Shown: positions 9,210 to 21,220, counted from the first letter of the stretch. The stretch: 64,000 bases of DNA from Methyloversatilis sp. (GCA_041639545.1 JBEQBZ010000005.1:98015-162014); one strand, 5' to 3'. Notes: generated by a model from the sequence alone, not told the origin. A program made the numbers and translations.

Positions 9210-11129
9210 ATGAGCGCGCCTGCCCTCGTTCCGAGCTCCGCCCCGCGTGTGCTGTCCATCGTCCCGCCGATGACGCAGCTGAACACGCCCTATCCGTCCA
9301 CCGCCTATCTGACCGGCTTTCTGCGCTCGCGCGGCGTCGATGCGGTGCAGGCGGATCTGGCGCTGGAGCTGGTGCTGGATCTGCTGTCGCGCGACGGGCT
9401 GGCCACGCTGCGTGACGCCTGCGAGGCGCTGCCGCACAAGAAGCGGCCGCACGCGGCGGCCAGTTTCGCGGCGCAGTACCCGCGCTATGCGCAGACCATG
9501 GCGGCGACGCTGGCCTTCCTGCAGGGGCGCGACCCGACGCTGGCGCACCGCATCGCGTCGCGCGGCTTCCTGCCCGAAGGCCCGCGCTTCGAATCGCTGG
9601 AGGTGTACATCGACCCGGACGGCGGAGATCCGCTGGGCTGGGCCTTCGGTGCGCTGGGCGTGCAGGACCGCGCGCGCCACTTCGCGACGCTGTATCTGAA
9701 CGATGTGGCGGACGCGATCCGCGAGGCGCTGGATGCGCGTTTCGAATTCGTCCGCTACGCCGAATCGCTGGCGCAGAGCCAGCCCAGCTTCGATCCGCTG
9801 GCGCAGGCGCTGGCCGCGCCGCCGACCGCGGTCGACCGCGCGCTCGACCGCCTGACGCGCGCCACGCTGGAACGCCATCGGCCGCAGGTCGTGCTGCTGT
9901 CGGTGCCCTTTCCCGGCTCGGTGTACGCCGCCTTCCGCATCGCGCAGACGGTGAAGGCGGTCGACCCCGCCATCGTGACCGTGCTCGGCGGCGGTTACGC
10001 CAACACCGAACTGCGCGAACTGGCCGAGCCGCGGGTGTTCGACTTTTTCGACTACGTGACGCTGGACGCCGGCGAGCGGCCGTTGCTGGCGCTGCTCGAC
10101 CACCTCGCCGGTGGCCGCTCCCGACAGCGGCTGGTGCGCACCTTCCTGCGCGAGGAGGGTGCAGTGAAGTACGTGAACTTCGTCGAGCCGGACATTCCGT
10201 TCGAGGAAGTCGGCACGCCGACCTGGGACGGCCTGCCGCTGGACCGCTACCTGTCGCTGTTGGACATGCTCAACCCGATGCACCGGCTGTGGTCGGACGG
10301 GCGCTGGAACAAGCTCACGGTGGCGCACGGCTGCTACTGGAAGAAGTGCAGCTTCTGCGACGTGAGCCTGGACTACATTTCGCGCTATGACGCCGCCAGC
10401 GCCACCGTGCTGGCCGACCGCATCGAAGCCATCGTCGCCGAAACCGGGCAGACCGGCTTCCACTTCGTCGACGAGGCCGCACCGCCGAAATCGCTGCGCG
10501 CGCTGGCGACCGAACTGCGCCGGCGTGACCTCAGCATTTCATGGTGGGGAAACATCCGCTTCGAAAAGTCCTTCACGCCGGAACTGTGCGCGGAACTGGC
10601 CGACAGCGGCTGCATCGCCATGTCCGGCGGGCTGGAGGTGGCGAGCGACCGGCTGCTCAAGCTGATGAAGAAGGGCGTGTCGGTGGAGCAGGTGGCGCGG
10701 GTCACCCGCGGCTTCGCCGACGCCGGCATTCTGGTGCACGCCTACCTGATGTACGGCTTCCCGACACAGACCGTGCAGGACACGGTCGACGCGCTGGAAT
10801 ACGTACGCCAGCTGTTCGAGCATGGCTGCATACAGAGCGGTTTCTTCCACCGCTTCGCCTGCACCGTGCATTCGCCGGTCGGGCTGAATCCGGAGGAATA
10901 CGGCGTCACGCTGCAGCCGCTGCCGCCGGTTACCTTCGCGAAGAACGACGTCGGCTTCACCGACCCGACCGGTACCGACCACGACGCGATGGGCGTGGCG
11001 CTGAACAAGGCGCTGTACAACTACATGCACGGCATCGGTCTGGACGAGGACGTGCGCAGCTGGTTCGGCGGCCGCGTGCCGAAGACGCGCGTGCCGCACC
11101 ACTTCATCGAGCGCGCACTGCACGGCTGA
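9210..11129 (+). CDS. B12-binding-domain radical SAM protein
   Basis: CYWKKCSFC (CX3CX2C) motif; N-terminal PYPSTAYL and VLGGGY cobalamin-binding-like region; FVDEA and GLEVAS radical SAM core. Confidence 0.88.
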   Translation: MSAPALVPSSAPRVLSIVPPMTQLNTPYPSTAYLTGFLRSRGVDAVQADLALELVLDLLSRDGLATLRDACEALPHKKRPHAAASFAAQYPRYAQTMAATLAFLQGRDPTLAHRIASRGFLPEGPRFESLEVYIDPDGGDPLGWAFGALGVQDRARHFATLYLNDVADAIREALDARFEFVRYAESLAQSQPSFDPLAQALAAPPTAVDRALDRLTRATLERHRPQVVLLSVPFPGSVYAAFRIAQTVKAVDPAIVTVLGGGYANTELRELAEPRVFDFFDYVTLDAGERPLLALLDHLAGGRSRQRLVRTFLREEGAVKYVNFVEPDIPFEEVGTPTWDGLPLDRYLSLLDMLNPMHRLWSDGRWNKLTVAHGCYWKKCSFCDVSLDYISRYDAASATVLADRIEAIVAETGQTGFHFVDEAAPPKSLRALATELRRRDLSISWWGNIRFEKSFTPELCAELADSGCIAMSGGLEVASDRLLKLMKKGVSVEQVARVTRGFADAGILVHAYLMYGFPTQTVQDTVDALEYVRQLFEHGCIQSGFFHRFACTVHSPVGLNPEEYGVTLQPLPPVTFAKNDVGFTDPTGTDHDAMGVALNKALYNYMHGIGLDEDVRSWFGGRVPKTRVPHHFIERALHG

Positions 11130-11147
11130 GCCGGCAGCGCGGCAGGG

Positions 11148-12344
11148 TCAGCCGAACACCGGCACCGGCGCGAAGCGCCCTTTCAGCACCTGATCTGCAG
11201 CGCCCAGCTTCAGCCAGCCGTCGATCGCGCTGGCATAGGCGTGGCGGAAGTCGGTGGTGTGCACCAGATTGCCGCCGGCATCGAGCGCGCCGAGGTCGGA
11301 CGGCGTGCCGTAGTGGCCGCCCTTGACCGCCTTGCCGGCGAAGAACATGACGTTGGCGGTGCCGTGGTCGGTGCCCAGGCTGGTGTTTTCGGCGGCGCGG
11401 CGGCCGAATTCCGAAAAGATGAGCAGGCTCACGCGGTCGGCCTGGCCCAGTCTTTCCATGTCGCGCAGGAAGCCGCTGATCGCGTCCGCGGTGTAGGTGA
11501 GCAGGCGCTGGTGCAGGTCCGGCTGCTGCACGTGGGTGTCGAAGGCATTGTTGCGATAGCCGGCGTAGTAGAGCCGCGCCGGCAGGCCGGCCGCGATGCA
11601 GGCCGCCACCTTGGGCAGGCCGAGCGGAACGATGCCGTAGTCGATCGGGGTCTTGTAGCGCGACCAGGCTTCGCGCACCGCCAGCGACGATTCACGCGCG
11701 CTGACCGCCACCTGTTCGAGGAAGCGGCGCGACGGGTTGTCGCGGCTGGCCACCGTCACGTCGTCGAGCAGCGCGCGTTCTTCGTGCAGCGCGCTGCGCA
11801 TGAAGCGCTCCGGGTCGTCGAACACCACCGGCGTATGCACCCGGCTGCGCACCGCCAGCGACTGCGTGCTGTCGATGTTGAGCACGAAGTTGGGCGCCGG
11901 CTGGGGCGACATCGTGTCGGCCAGTCGGCCGACCCAGCCGTAGTCGTCGCCGCTGTTCGGCGTGGCCGTATGCCAGTAGGCCATGGACGTGAAGTGAGAG
12001 AACGACGGGTTGTCGTAGCCGCAGCCATGCACGATGGCGAGCTGTCCGTCCTTCCACAGCCGCTCGAAGCCGGCCAGACCGGGGTTGAAGCCGAAGCGTT
12101 CGTCCAGCCGGCGCAGTTTGTCGGGCCGGATGCCGATATTGGGGCGCAGCCGGTAGTAGCGGTCGTCGGCGTAGGGCACGACCGTGTTCAGGCCGTCGTT
12201 GCCGCCGGACATTTCGAACACCACCAGGATGCGGTTGTCCGCTTCGGCCGCAGCCGCGGCGCGGGCGATGGTGCCGAACAGGCCGGGCACGAACAGGCCG
12301 GCGGACGCTTTCAGGATGCGGCGGCGGGTGTGGTCTGTACTCAT
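11148..12344 (-). CDS. DUF1501 family protein with Tat signal
   Basis: TRRRILK twin-arginine leader; GGNDGLNTVVP, FDTH, SEFGRR, GTDHG motifs. Confidence 0.9.
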   Translation of the reverse strand: MSTDHTRRRILKASAGLFVPGLFGTIARAAAAAEADNRILVVFEMSGGNDGLNTVVPYADDRYYRLRPNIGIRPDKLRRLDERFGFNPGLAGFERLWKDGQLAIVHGCGYDNPSFSHFTSMAYWHTATPNSGDDYGWVGRLADTMSPQPAPNFVLNIDSTQSLAVRSRVHTPVVFDDPERFMRSALHEERALLDDVTVASRDNPSRRFLEQVAVSARESSLAVREAWSRYKTPIDYGIVPLGLPKVAACIAAGLPARLYYAGYRNNAFDTHVQQPDLHQRLLTYTADAISGFLRDMERLGQADRVSLLIFSEFGRRAAENTSLGTDHGTANVMFFAGKAVKGGHYGTPSDLGALDAGGNLVHTTDFRHAYASAIDGWLKLGAADQVLKGRFAPVPVFG

Positions 12345-12391
12345 GGTGAGGACTCCGGTGCGTTCAGGCTGTGTCGGTGCGTGGAGGCGGG

Positions 12392-14227
12392 TCAGCCCAG
12401 CTGGTACTCGGGGCGGCTCAGCAGCAGGTGCAGCAGCACGCGCAGCGGATCTTCGGCGTAGCTGGCGGCGGCTTTCAGATCGGCGGTGCCCAGTTCCTTC
12501 TGCAGGAAGGCGGACAGCTTGCCGCGGGTGGCGGCGTCCAGCGGCACCGACAGGAAGCGCTCTTCCAGATGGCGGACCGCCTGTTCAGGGGTGCGGCAGC
12601 CGGCGCCCAGCACCATGCCGGTCAGATCCAGGCGGGCCACGGTGCGCGGAATCGGCTTCACCCGCTCCACCGCCATCTGCCAACCGCGGTAGCTGCCGTA
12701 GCGGGTGTTGAAATCCTCGTTGCGGTCGCCGTTCGCCGATGACATGGCCATCATTTCCATGCCGCCGGCGCCGCCGCCCGGCCGGGTGGCGGTGGTCAGG
12801 TCCTGCCCGCTGCGCACCCGTTCGTGTACTTCGCGGATTTCGTAGCCGGCCTGAGCGACCGGGTAGCGATCGCCGGGGAGGTAGTTGATGTCCGGCAGCA
12901 CCAGGTCCAGCGCGAAGTTGCCGCGCTCCAGCAGCAGGCCCGGCGTGATCCAGCTGCGGCCCTGGGCCCAGCCGGCCACGGTGGGCGGATGCATCAGGCG
13001 CTGACCGAGCGCCGACGTGGTTTCATTGAAGTCGGGCACGCCCGGCACCTCGGTGAGGCCGAGCTTGCGGTAGGTCGACACCAGCAGTTCCACCGGCCCC
13101 TTGATGCGGGTGGCCACCGATTCCGGCGCATAGAAGTCGCGCGACAGGAAGAGGCTTTCGAGGAAGGGCGCGATCTCGTAATTGGCCGCCTTCAGCCGCC
13201 GGCCCAGTTCGGCCGCCAGCGCCGGATCGACCTCCTCGCGCACGAAGTGGCGGTACAGCTTGCTGGCCAGGAATTCCGGCGTGACCGGCTGGTCGAGGAT
13301 GATGTCGATCACCTGCACGCCGTCGAAGCGGCCGCGCCGGCCCAGCACCGCCTTGGCGCCGTCGTCGTGGCGGTCGGCGTCGATGTGGAAGGCGGTGCCG
13401 CGGAAATTCCAGCCGGTGAAGGCGCGCGCCGCTTCACGGATGTCCTGTTCGCCGTAATGGCCGACACCCATCGTGAACAGCTCCATGATTTCACGGGCGA
13501 AGTTCTCGTTCGGCGCACCTTTCACATTCACTGCGGCATCGAGGAAGGCCAGCATGGCCGGGTCCTGCGCGACGCCGATCAGCAGGGTGCGGAAGTTGCC
13601 GAGCCCCTGCTTCTGGAACAGATCGAGCTGGATCAGCATCTTGCGGTAATCGCGCACCTTCTCTTCGTTGGTGGCGAAGTGACCGTGCCAGAACAGCGCC
13701 ATCCGTTCTTCCAGCGGACGCGGCGAAGTGAGCATGCGGTTGGCCCACCAGTAGGCGACGCGGTCGGTTTCCAGCCGGCTGGCGCGCAGCCAGTAGAAGA
13801 ACCTGTTCACCACCGGTTGCATGCGGCGGTTGCCGTCCGGCTTCACCTGTACGCCGAGCGCTTCGCCCCGTTCGCGTGCGAGGTCGGTGGTGGCCGGCCG
13901 GCTGGCCGGAAAGGGATCCAGCCCTTCGTCGAATACGCCGGAGTGTTCGAACGGCGGCAGCGTTGTCGCCGGCACGCCCTCGAAGCGCACCAGCCGGCGC
14001 ACCGCCTGTGCCGGGGTCAGCCGGGCCAGGGCATCGACCTGTTCCGGCGTGCCGCCGAAGCCGGCGCGCTCCAGCAGGTGGGCGGCGCGGGCGCGGTTCC
14101 AGTCGGCGGGCGCGATCGGTGCAAGGTCGCCGGCCCAGGGCGAGGCGGCCGCGGCACAAGCGCTGCAGGCGAGCAGCGTGATGGCGAACAGGCCGGACAC
14201 GCACCGGCGGGAGGCGAAGGAGGACAT
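12392..14227 (-). CDS. DUF1800 family protein, exported
   Basis: HLLERAGFG, LFWHGHFAT, PNENFAREIMELFTMG, AARAFTGW, PEYQL motifs; signal peptide after ATG 14227; usual pairing with DUF1501. Confidence 0.9.
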   Translation of the reverse strand: MSSFASRRCVSGLFAITLLACSACAAAASPWAGDLAPIAPADWNRARAAHLLERAGFGGTPEQVDALARLTPAQAVRRLVRFEGVPATTLPPFEHSGVFDEGLDPFPASRPATTDLARERGEALGVQVKPDGNRRMQPVVNRFFYWLRASRLETDRVAYWWANRMLTSPRPLEERMALFWHGHFATNEEKVRDYRKMLIQLDLFQKQGLGNFRTLLIGVAQDPAMLAFLDAAVNVKGAPNENFAREIMELFTMGVGHYGEQDIREAARAFTGWNFRGTAFHIDADRHDDGAKAVLGRRGRFDGVQVIDIILDQPVTPEFLASKLYRHFVREEVDPALAAELGRRLKAANYEIAPFLESLFLSRDFYAPESVATRIKGPVELLVSTYRKLGLTEVPGVPDFNETTSALGQRLMHPPTVAGWAQGRSWITPGLLLERGNFALDLVLPDINYLPGDRYPVAQAGYEIREVHERVRSGQDLTTATRPGGGAGGMEMMAMSSANGDRNEDFNTRYGSYRGWQMAVERVKPIPRTVARLDLTGMVLGAGCRTPEQAVRHLEERFLSVPLDAATRGKLSAFLQKELGTADLKAAASYAEDPLRVLLHLLLSRPEYQLG

Positions 14228-14429
14228 CGCGGATATCTCCGGAAAGGATGCGGAAATATAGGGCGAGGCGCTGTCCGGCCTCACGTGCAATTTGCCCTGC
14301 GCCTCTAGGGATATTCTCGATTCCCGCCAGCGGGCGGCGTCGGCTCCGGTTGCCGGCCGGTGCTGGACGGTTTCAGGCGTGCTGGGTATGCTTTTTTCGA
14401 CGCCCGCCCCGCGTAACCGGAGTTCTGCC

Positions 14430-15128
14430 GTGTCCACCGCATCCCTGGTCAGCATCCCGCTCAGTTCCCGCCTGCTGCGCACCATGCGCGACGTGGCCAT
14501 CGACAACGCCCGCCAGCTGCTGCACGAAGCGCCATTGCTGCTGCGTCACCACCACCATGCGCGTGCGGCATTGCTGGCCCGCGTCGCGATCGAGGAGGTC
14601 GGGCGCGCGGTGCAGGCCTTCGACGCGCTTGGCCGCAACGTGACCGACGAAGCGGTGGCGATGCGGGTGAAGCTCAATTTCGAGGACTACCCGAAGCGCA
14701 TGAATGCAGCGGTTTTCCCGTTGCTGCTGGAAGAGCCGCAGCGGCGCGACGAGGTGATGGCGCAGATCGACGACCTGATCGAAGCCGGCCAGAACCCGCG
14801 TGATCCGGCGCTGTTCACCGGCGTCGATTCACTGACCGGCCGCGTCACTACGCCCAACGGCTCGATCGGCCCAGCGGCCGCTTCGCGCCGGCTCGCACTG
14901 GCGAAGGACATTTTCGCGCGTGGCGAAATGCTGGTGCTGTTCACGCCGCCCAAGCTGCGCACCCGCGCCGAGGACCGCGCGTTCGCGCTGCGGCCGGGCG
15001 AACTGATCGCGGCACGCCAGGGCGTCGAGGCGTGGGAGGTGTACATCGAGAACATCCGCGCCGGCGATGCGCGTTTCGATTCCGCGCTGGACGAAATGCG
15101 CCGGCGCGCCGCCGACGGCGAGCGCTGA
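14430..15128 (+). CDS. AbiV-like (HEPN) family protein, divergent
   Basis: N-terminal 'NARQLLHEAPLLL...ARAALLARVAIEEVGRA' resembles the AbiV pattern NAxxLxxxAxLL...AxEExGK. GTG start at 14430 with GGAG upstream. Confidence 0.6.
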   Translation: MSTASLVSIPLSSRLLRTMRDVAIDNARQLLHEAPLLLRHHHHARAALLARVAIEEVGRAVQAFDALGRNVTDEAVAMRVKLNFEDYPKRMNAAVFPLLLEEPQRRDEVMAQIDDLIEAGQNPRDPALFTGVDSLTGRVTTPNGSIGPAAASRRLALAKDIFARGEMLVLFTPPKLRTRAEDRAFALRPGELIAARQGVEAWEVYIENIRAGDARFDSALDEMRRRAADGER

Positions 15129-15262
15129 TCGCGGCCAGCAATGGGGCCGCTTCTCGATGCGTTGAATGACGGCTGTTCCGCGGCGCATTCATAAAGCGCT
15201 CGAACGCGCTGCGTGTCGGGGTTGCAGCCGCGCTCTGGTCACGGCCGGCTGCCGCAACCACC

Positions 15263-17566
15263 TCATCGCAGACCTTCTGCTGACCTGTTTGCCTGTCCGT
15301 GCCTTATCCAGTGCAACAGGACTTCGTAGAGCGTCTGCGGAATCACCGGTTTGGAGATGAAGTCGTTCATGCCTGCTTCGAGACAGCGATGCCGGTCTTC
15401 TGCGTACGCGTTGGCCGTCATGGCCAGAATCGGTGTGTTCGCGTTCCTCTCAAGCAGCCGGATCCGTCGGGTGGCTTCCAGTCCATCCATGTTCGGCATC
15501 TGCATGTCCATCAGGATCAACGCATAGCTGTTCTCCGCCGCGAGCCTGACCGCGTCATGCCCGTCCTCGGCGGTGTCGATGATCAGACCGGCGTAGTCGA
15601 GCACTGCCTGGGTGATGGCCCTGTTGGTGGGATCATCCTCGACCACCAGGACGCGTGTGCCCGCACACGTGTTCTTCAAGGCCGCTTCCGCATCGGGGGG
15701 CGGATTGACGCTCCCCTGACCGGATTCTTCGAAGCTCTTCTGCAGGCGTGCCGTCAGCCAGAACGTGCTGCCCTTTCCAGGCGCACTGATCACCCCTGCA
15801 TCACCGCCCATGATCTGGGCAATCTTGCGCGTGATGGCCAGTCCCAATCCTGTGCCGCCGTACTTGCGTGTCAGGGAGTTGTCGGCCTGTTCGAATGCCG
15901 AGAACAGGCGCGGGATGGTTTCCGGCGCGATGCCGATGCCAGTATCCGTGACGCTGAACCGGATCAGCGTGCTGTCCGGGGCGTCTTCGTCCTGACTGAC
16001 CGCGACAGTGATACTGCCCTGTTCGGTGAATTTGATCGCGTTGGACAGGTAGTTGAGCAGGGCCTGTTGCAGGCGGGTGCGGTCTCCCCTCAATCCATCG
16101 GGCAAGGGGGGGAGATCGATGTTCAACCGCAGGCCTTTGCCCTGGGCGCTGCCCCGGACCATATCGACTGAGGTCTGGACGACCTCGGCGACCGGAACGA
16201 TCGTGTCTTCCAGTGAGAACTTGCCAGCTTCGATTTTTGAAAGATCGAGGACGGCATTGAGGATTTCCAGCAGATGCTGGCCCGCCTCTTCGATCCGGTC
16301 CAGTCTCTGGATGTGCTGTGCATCGAGCCCGGAACGACGCAGCAGGTAGGCGGTGCCGTTGATGGCGTTCAGGGGCGTGCGGATTTCATGGCTCATGTTT
16401 GCCAGGAAGGCGCTCTTGGCGACATTGGCGGCTTCGGCGGCCTCCTTGGCGACACGCAGCTCGGCTGTGCGCGAGTGCACCAGTTCCTCCAGGTGGCTGC
16501 GGTGCTGTTCGAGTTCGAGCGAGGCCTGCTTGCTGGCAGTGATGTCATCGTAGACGCCGAGCACGCCGATCACCTGGCCATCCGCATCCCGCAGCGGGAC
16601 TTTCGACGTACGCAACCAGATCGTCTGGCCGTCGGGGGTGGTCTGAGGCTCTTCGTAATTCAATATCGAGCGACCGGAGCCCATCACCTGCTGGTCATCG
16701 GCACGGTAGCGATCCGCCTGGGCCGCCCATCCCATTGCGAAATCGTCCTTGCCCACCATGTCCACGGGTGACTGTCTGCCCGCATCTCGGGCAAACAGGG
16801 GGTTGCAGCCGAGATAGCGCAGGTTGCGGTCTTTCCAGAACACGCGCACCGGCGCCGTATCGATGATCGTCTGGAGCAGGTTGCGTGAAGCGCTGAGTTC
16901 GGCCAGCAGCCGTTCCAGCTCGGTTCGGGCGAGATCGCGATCGCGGTCGTGCCGGAGGATGGTCCGAAGGGTCAGGACGGCCGTTCCACACACTGCACAT
17001 GCGGCCATGAGCGCGGCAACGATCAGCGTCGCCTGCTGCTGTTCGATCTGTCGTCCGTAATCGAGGGCTGCGAGCTCGGTGTTCTTCCGGCTCAGTTCAG
17101 TCAGCCTGTTCACGGCCAGTGCGAGCAGTTTGTCGTTCTCCGCGTCGATCAGGAACGACAGTTCGTGAGCGTCGCCGCCGCGGGCGAGTGCCGTCTTCAG
17201 CGTGTCCAGATCGCCGAGGTAGGCCTGCAGGTAAGTTTCGATGCGATCGAGGAGTTGACGCATTTCCTCGCTGCTCGCCCCGATGGATCGATACTTGTCG
17301 ATCGCCTGCTGGATCAGCCCGATTTCGAGCTTGAAGCGCTCTCCGTCGCCGACTGCACCGTGCTTGAAATTGGACAGGTAAAGGTTTGCGAATCCAAGGT
17401 GCTGCGCGCAATCCAGCATCAGCTGATGACGTTTCGTGGTGACGGTCGATATCTCGATCCATCGCTTTTCAAGCTGCTGCTGCATCCAGGCAAACAGACC
17501 CACCATCCCCAGTACGATCGACAGGGTGACCGCAAATCCCGCCAGAATGGTTTGCCGGGGTTTCAC
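15263..17566 (-). CDS. Membrane hybrid sensor histidine kinase (periplasmic sensor, PAS, HisKA, HATPase, REC)
   Basis: Two TM segments; PAS/PAC; [15 protein letters not shown]-box; [23 protein letters not shown]; REC domain LMDMQMP. Confidence 0.93.
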   Translation of the reverse strand: MKPRQTILAGFAVTLSIVLGMVGLFAWMQQQLEKRWIEISTVTTKRHQLMLDCAQHLGFANLYLSNFKHGAVGDGERFKLEIGLIQQAIDKYRSIGASSEEMRQLLDRIETYLQAYLGDLDTLKTALARGGDAHELSFLIDAENDKLLALAVNRLTELSRKNTELAALDYGRQIEQQQATLIVAALMAACAVCGTAVLTLRTILRHDRDRDLARTELERLLAELSASRNLLQTIIDTAPVRVFWKDRNLRYLGCNPLFARDAGRQSPVDMVGKDDFAMGWAAQADRYRADDQQVMGSGRSILNYEEPQTTPDGQTIWLRTSKVPLRDADGQVIGVLGVYDDITASKQASLELEQHRSHLEELVHSRTAELRVAKEAAEAANVAKSAFLANMSHEIRTPLNAINGTAYLLRRSGLDAQHIQRLDRIEEAGQHLLEILNAVLDLSKIEAGKFSLEDTIVPVAEVVQTSVDMVRGSAQGKGLRLNIDLPPLPDGLRGDRTRLQQALLNYLSNAIKFTEQGSITVAVSQDEDAPDSTLIRFSVTDTGIGIAPETIPRLFSAFEQADNSLTRKYGGTGLGLAITRKIAQIMGGDAGVISAPGKGSTFWLTARLQKSFEESGQGSVNPPPDAEAALKNTCAGTRVLVVEDDPTNRAITQAVLDYAGLIIDTAEDGHDAVRLAAENSYALILMDMQMPNMDGLEATRRIRLLERNANTPILAMTANAYAEDRHRCLEAGMNDFISKPVIPQTLYEVLLHWIRHGQANRSAEGLR

Positions 17567-17612
17567 GGTGAGCCGGGGCTCTGCGCACGGTGGCCGTGCA
17601 ATTTCGCGGGTT

Positions 17613-18578
17613 TCATCGAGTGGCCGCCATCAGCACACGCAGGAAGTCACCGACAGGGCTCGCGAGCCATTGGTCGTACACCGGCCGGCACGCGATCTCG
17701 AACGCGGCCACATCGGCGGTGTCGATCTGCATCCCCGTGCGCTGCAGGTCGGTCATGGCCGCGGCGTTCTCTTTCTGTGCCAGGCTTCTCTGCAGCGTGG
17801 AGGCCTCTGCGGCGGCGGCCAGAATCGCGGCTCTGTCCGCCTCGGACAGCGCGTCCCATCGGGCGCGCGCCATGACGAAGGGGGTTACCTCGTACCGGTG
17901 TCCGGTCAGGCTCAGAAATTTCTGTACCTGATAGAGCTTGCCGGTCAGGATGTTCACCAGCGGGTTTTCCTGGCCATCCACCACTTTCTGTTGCAGCGCG
18001 CTGTATACGTCTGACCACCGGATCTGCCGCGGCAGGCCCCCGAGCGTCTTGATCAAGTCGGCCGCAGCGAGGTCAGGCGGCGTTCTGATGCGCAGCCCAC
18101 GCACATCTGCAGGCGTGCGGACAGGCCGCACGTCGTTGGTCAGGTGACGGATTCCGTTATCCCAGTAGCCCAGAAGCTTCAGCCCCCGCTCTGCCGACCG
18201 CTCTGCGAGCATTCTGCCTGCCTGGCCATCGAGCACTTTCCAGGCGGCTTCCGGAGTGGGGAAAAGGAAGGGCATGCCGATGGCCGCATATTCGGGCACC
18301 ACTTTCGATACGGCGCCCTGACTGTTTGCCGACATGTCCAGCGTGCCGTCCAGCAGACCCCTGACCATGGCTGCGTCATCGCCCATGCTGGCCGCCGGGA
18401 AGATCTGGATCTCGATCCGTCCTTCGCTGTGGTGCGCCACCCTCTTGGCAAAGTGCACAGCGGCCAGATGACGCGGATGATCGATCGACGATCCATGTCC
18501 CAGCGTAAGACGGGTGCCGCCTTGCGCAAATGCGACCGCGGTCGCGCACATGCCGATGATCAGGGCGAGGGCTCTCAT
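17613..18578 (-). CDS. dctP: TRAP transporter substrate-binding protein (DctP family), without DctQ/DctM
   Basis: Signal peptide; [28 protein letters not shown] motifs. Confidence 0.9.
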   Translation of the reverse strand: MRALALIIGMCATAVAFAQGGTRLTLGHGSSIDHPRHLAAVHFAKRVAHHSEGRIEIQIFPAASMGDDAAMVRGLLDGTLDMSANSQGAVSKVVPEYAAIGMPFLFPTPEAAWKVLDGQAGRMLAERSAERGLKLLGYWDNGIRHLTNDVRPVRTPADVRGLRIRTPPDLAAADLIKTLGGLPRQIRWSDVYSALQQKVVDGQENPLVNILTGKLYQVQKFLSLTGHRYEVTPFVMARARWDALSEADRAAILAAAAEASTLQRSLAQKENAAAMTDLQRTGMQIDTADVAAFEIACRPVYDQWLASPVGDFLRVLMAATR

Positions 18579-18685
18579 GCTTTGATATTACGCTTGAGTG
18601 GGCCTTGCCTCATCCCTTGGTTTGCCTCAGGCTCGATCCAGATCAAGCAATGCGTGATTCGACGCAACGGAGCCGGTCAGCAGGC

Positions 18686-18805
18686 ATGGCCCTGCCTGCG
18701 CCGGGCAGCGGCAAGCTCAACGAGCGCGTGCTCAAGCTGGCCAGCAGCGCGGTGCCGCTGGCGCTGGGGCTGGTGATGTTGTTGCGGTCCGACGGGCTGG
18801 CCTGA
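18686..18805 (+). pseudogene. Possible 3' remnant of a membrane-protein gene
   Basis: 'GKLNERVLKLASSAVPLALGLVMLLRSDGLA*' has host-like GC3 codon usage and one hydrophobic helix, but no intact upstream part; lies at the edge of the lower-GC block. Confidence 0.35.
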
Positions 18806-19873
<1,068 letters not shown>

Positions 19874-19887
19874 GATGCAGTCCTTCT

Positions 19888-20577
19888 TCAGACGTCCGAC
19901 GGGTTGATCCAGCGCCACTCGCCGGGCGCCAGATCGGCCGGCAGTTCCAGACTGCCGACCGCCACCCGGTGCAGCGCATCGCAGCGGTTGCCGGCGGCGG
20001 CCACCATGCGCTTGACCTGGTGGTACTTGCCTTCGCCTATCGTGATGGCCAGCCGGTTCGCGTCGAGCTGTTCGACCGCGTGCGCGGCCACCGACACGCC
20101 CGGCGCGTCGTTCAGTTCGACGCCGCCACGCAGTGCGGCGAGCTGTGCATCGTCGACCGGATGTTTGGTGGTGGCGACATAGCGCTTCAGCACGCCGTGC
20201 TTGGGCGAGGTGAGCTTGTGGATGAACTGGCCGTCGTCGGTCAGCAGCAGCAGGCCGGTGGTGTCCTCGTCCAGCCGGCCGACGCACTGTACCGCGCGCA
20301 CCACCAGCGGCGAGGGCAGCAGCGCGAATACCGCAGGATGGTGCTTGGGTTTCTGCGAGCACTCGTAGCCGGCCGGCTTGTGCAGCATCACGTAGGCCTT
20401 CTCGTGATAGCGCCAGGCTTCGCCGCTGACCGTGAATTCAAGACCTTCCGGATCGAGCTCGACGAAGGGGTCGTCGACCATTTCGCCGCCGACGGTGACG
20501 CGTTCGAGGCGTACCAGCGCGCGGCATTCGCGACGGGTGCCGAAGCCCTGGCTCTGCAGGATGCGTTCGAGTTGCAT
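19888..20577 (-). CDS. rsuA: RsuA-family rRNA pseudouridine synthase
   Basis: S4 domain; [36 protein letters not shown]. Confidence 0.88.
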   Translation of the reverse strand: MQLERILQSQGFGTRRECRALVRLERVTVGGEMVDDPFVELDPEGLEFTVSGEAWRYHEKAYVMLHKPAGYECSQKPKHHPAVFALLPSPLVVRAVQCVGRLDEDTTGLLLLTDDGQFIHKLTSPKHGVLKRYVATTKHPVDDAQLAALRGGVELNDAPGVSVAAHAVEQLDANRLAITIGEGKYHQVKRMVAAAGNRCDALHRVAVGSLELPADLAPGEWRWINPSDV

Positions 20578-20578
20578 A

Positions 20579-21220
20579 TCAGTACTTTCCGCCCACATGG
20601 GGGTTGTATTTGCGTTCTTCGCCGAAGGTGGACATCGGGCCGTGGCCGGGGATGAAGCGGATGTCGTCACCGAGCGGGAACAGTTTTTCGCGGATCGAGC
20701 GGATCAGGTCGCCGTGGTTGCCGCGCGGAAAGTCGGTACGGCCGATCGAGCCGGCGAACAGCACGTCGCCGACCTGGGCCAGCCGGCCGGCGCGGTCGAC
20801 GAACACCACGTGGCCCGGCGTGTGGCCCGGGCAGTGCACCACGTCCAGCGTCACCTTGCCCACGGTCACCGTGTCGCCGTCGGCCAGCCAGCGGGTCGGC
20901 ACGAAGGGGCGGCAGGGCGGAAAGCCGAACATCTGCGCCTGCACCGGGAAGCCGTCTATCCAGAACCGGTCGTCCGGGTGCGGGCCTTCGATCGGCAGAC
21001 CGAATTTCTCCGCCAGATCCTGCGTGGCGCCGGCGTGGTCGAGGTGGCCGTGGGTGACCAGTATCTTTTCCAGCGTGATGCCGTGCTTCTCCACTTCGGC
21101 CAGCACCCGATCCAGATCGCCGCCCGGGTCTACGACCGCGCCCTTCATCGTTTCGTCGCACCACAGCAGGGTGCAGTTCTGGGCGAAGGCGGTGACCGGA
21201 ATGATGGCGTGCTGGAGCAT
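20579..21220 (-). CDS. MBL-fold metallo-hydrolase (YcbL/GloC-like)
   Basis: THGHLDH, PGHTPGH, GDVLFAGSIGRTDFP, PGHGP. Confidence 0.92.
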   Translation of the reverse strand: MLQHAIIPVTAFAQNCTLLWCDETMKGAVVDPGGDLDRVLAEVEKHGITLEKILVTHGHLDHAGATQDLAEKFGLPIEGPHPDDRFWIDGFPVQAQMFGFPPCRPFVPTRWLADGDTVTVGKVTLDVVHCPGHTPGHVVFVDRAGRLAQVGDVLFAGSIGRTDFPRGNHGDLIRSIREKLFPLGDDIRFIPGHGPMSTFGEERKYNPHVGGKY

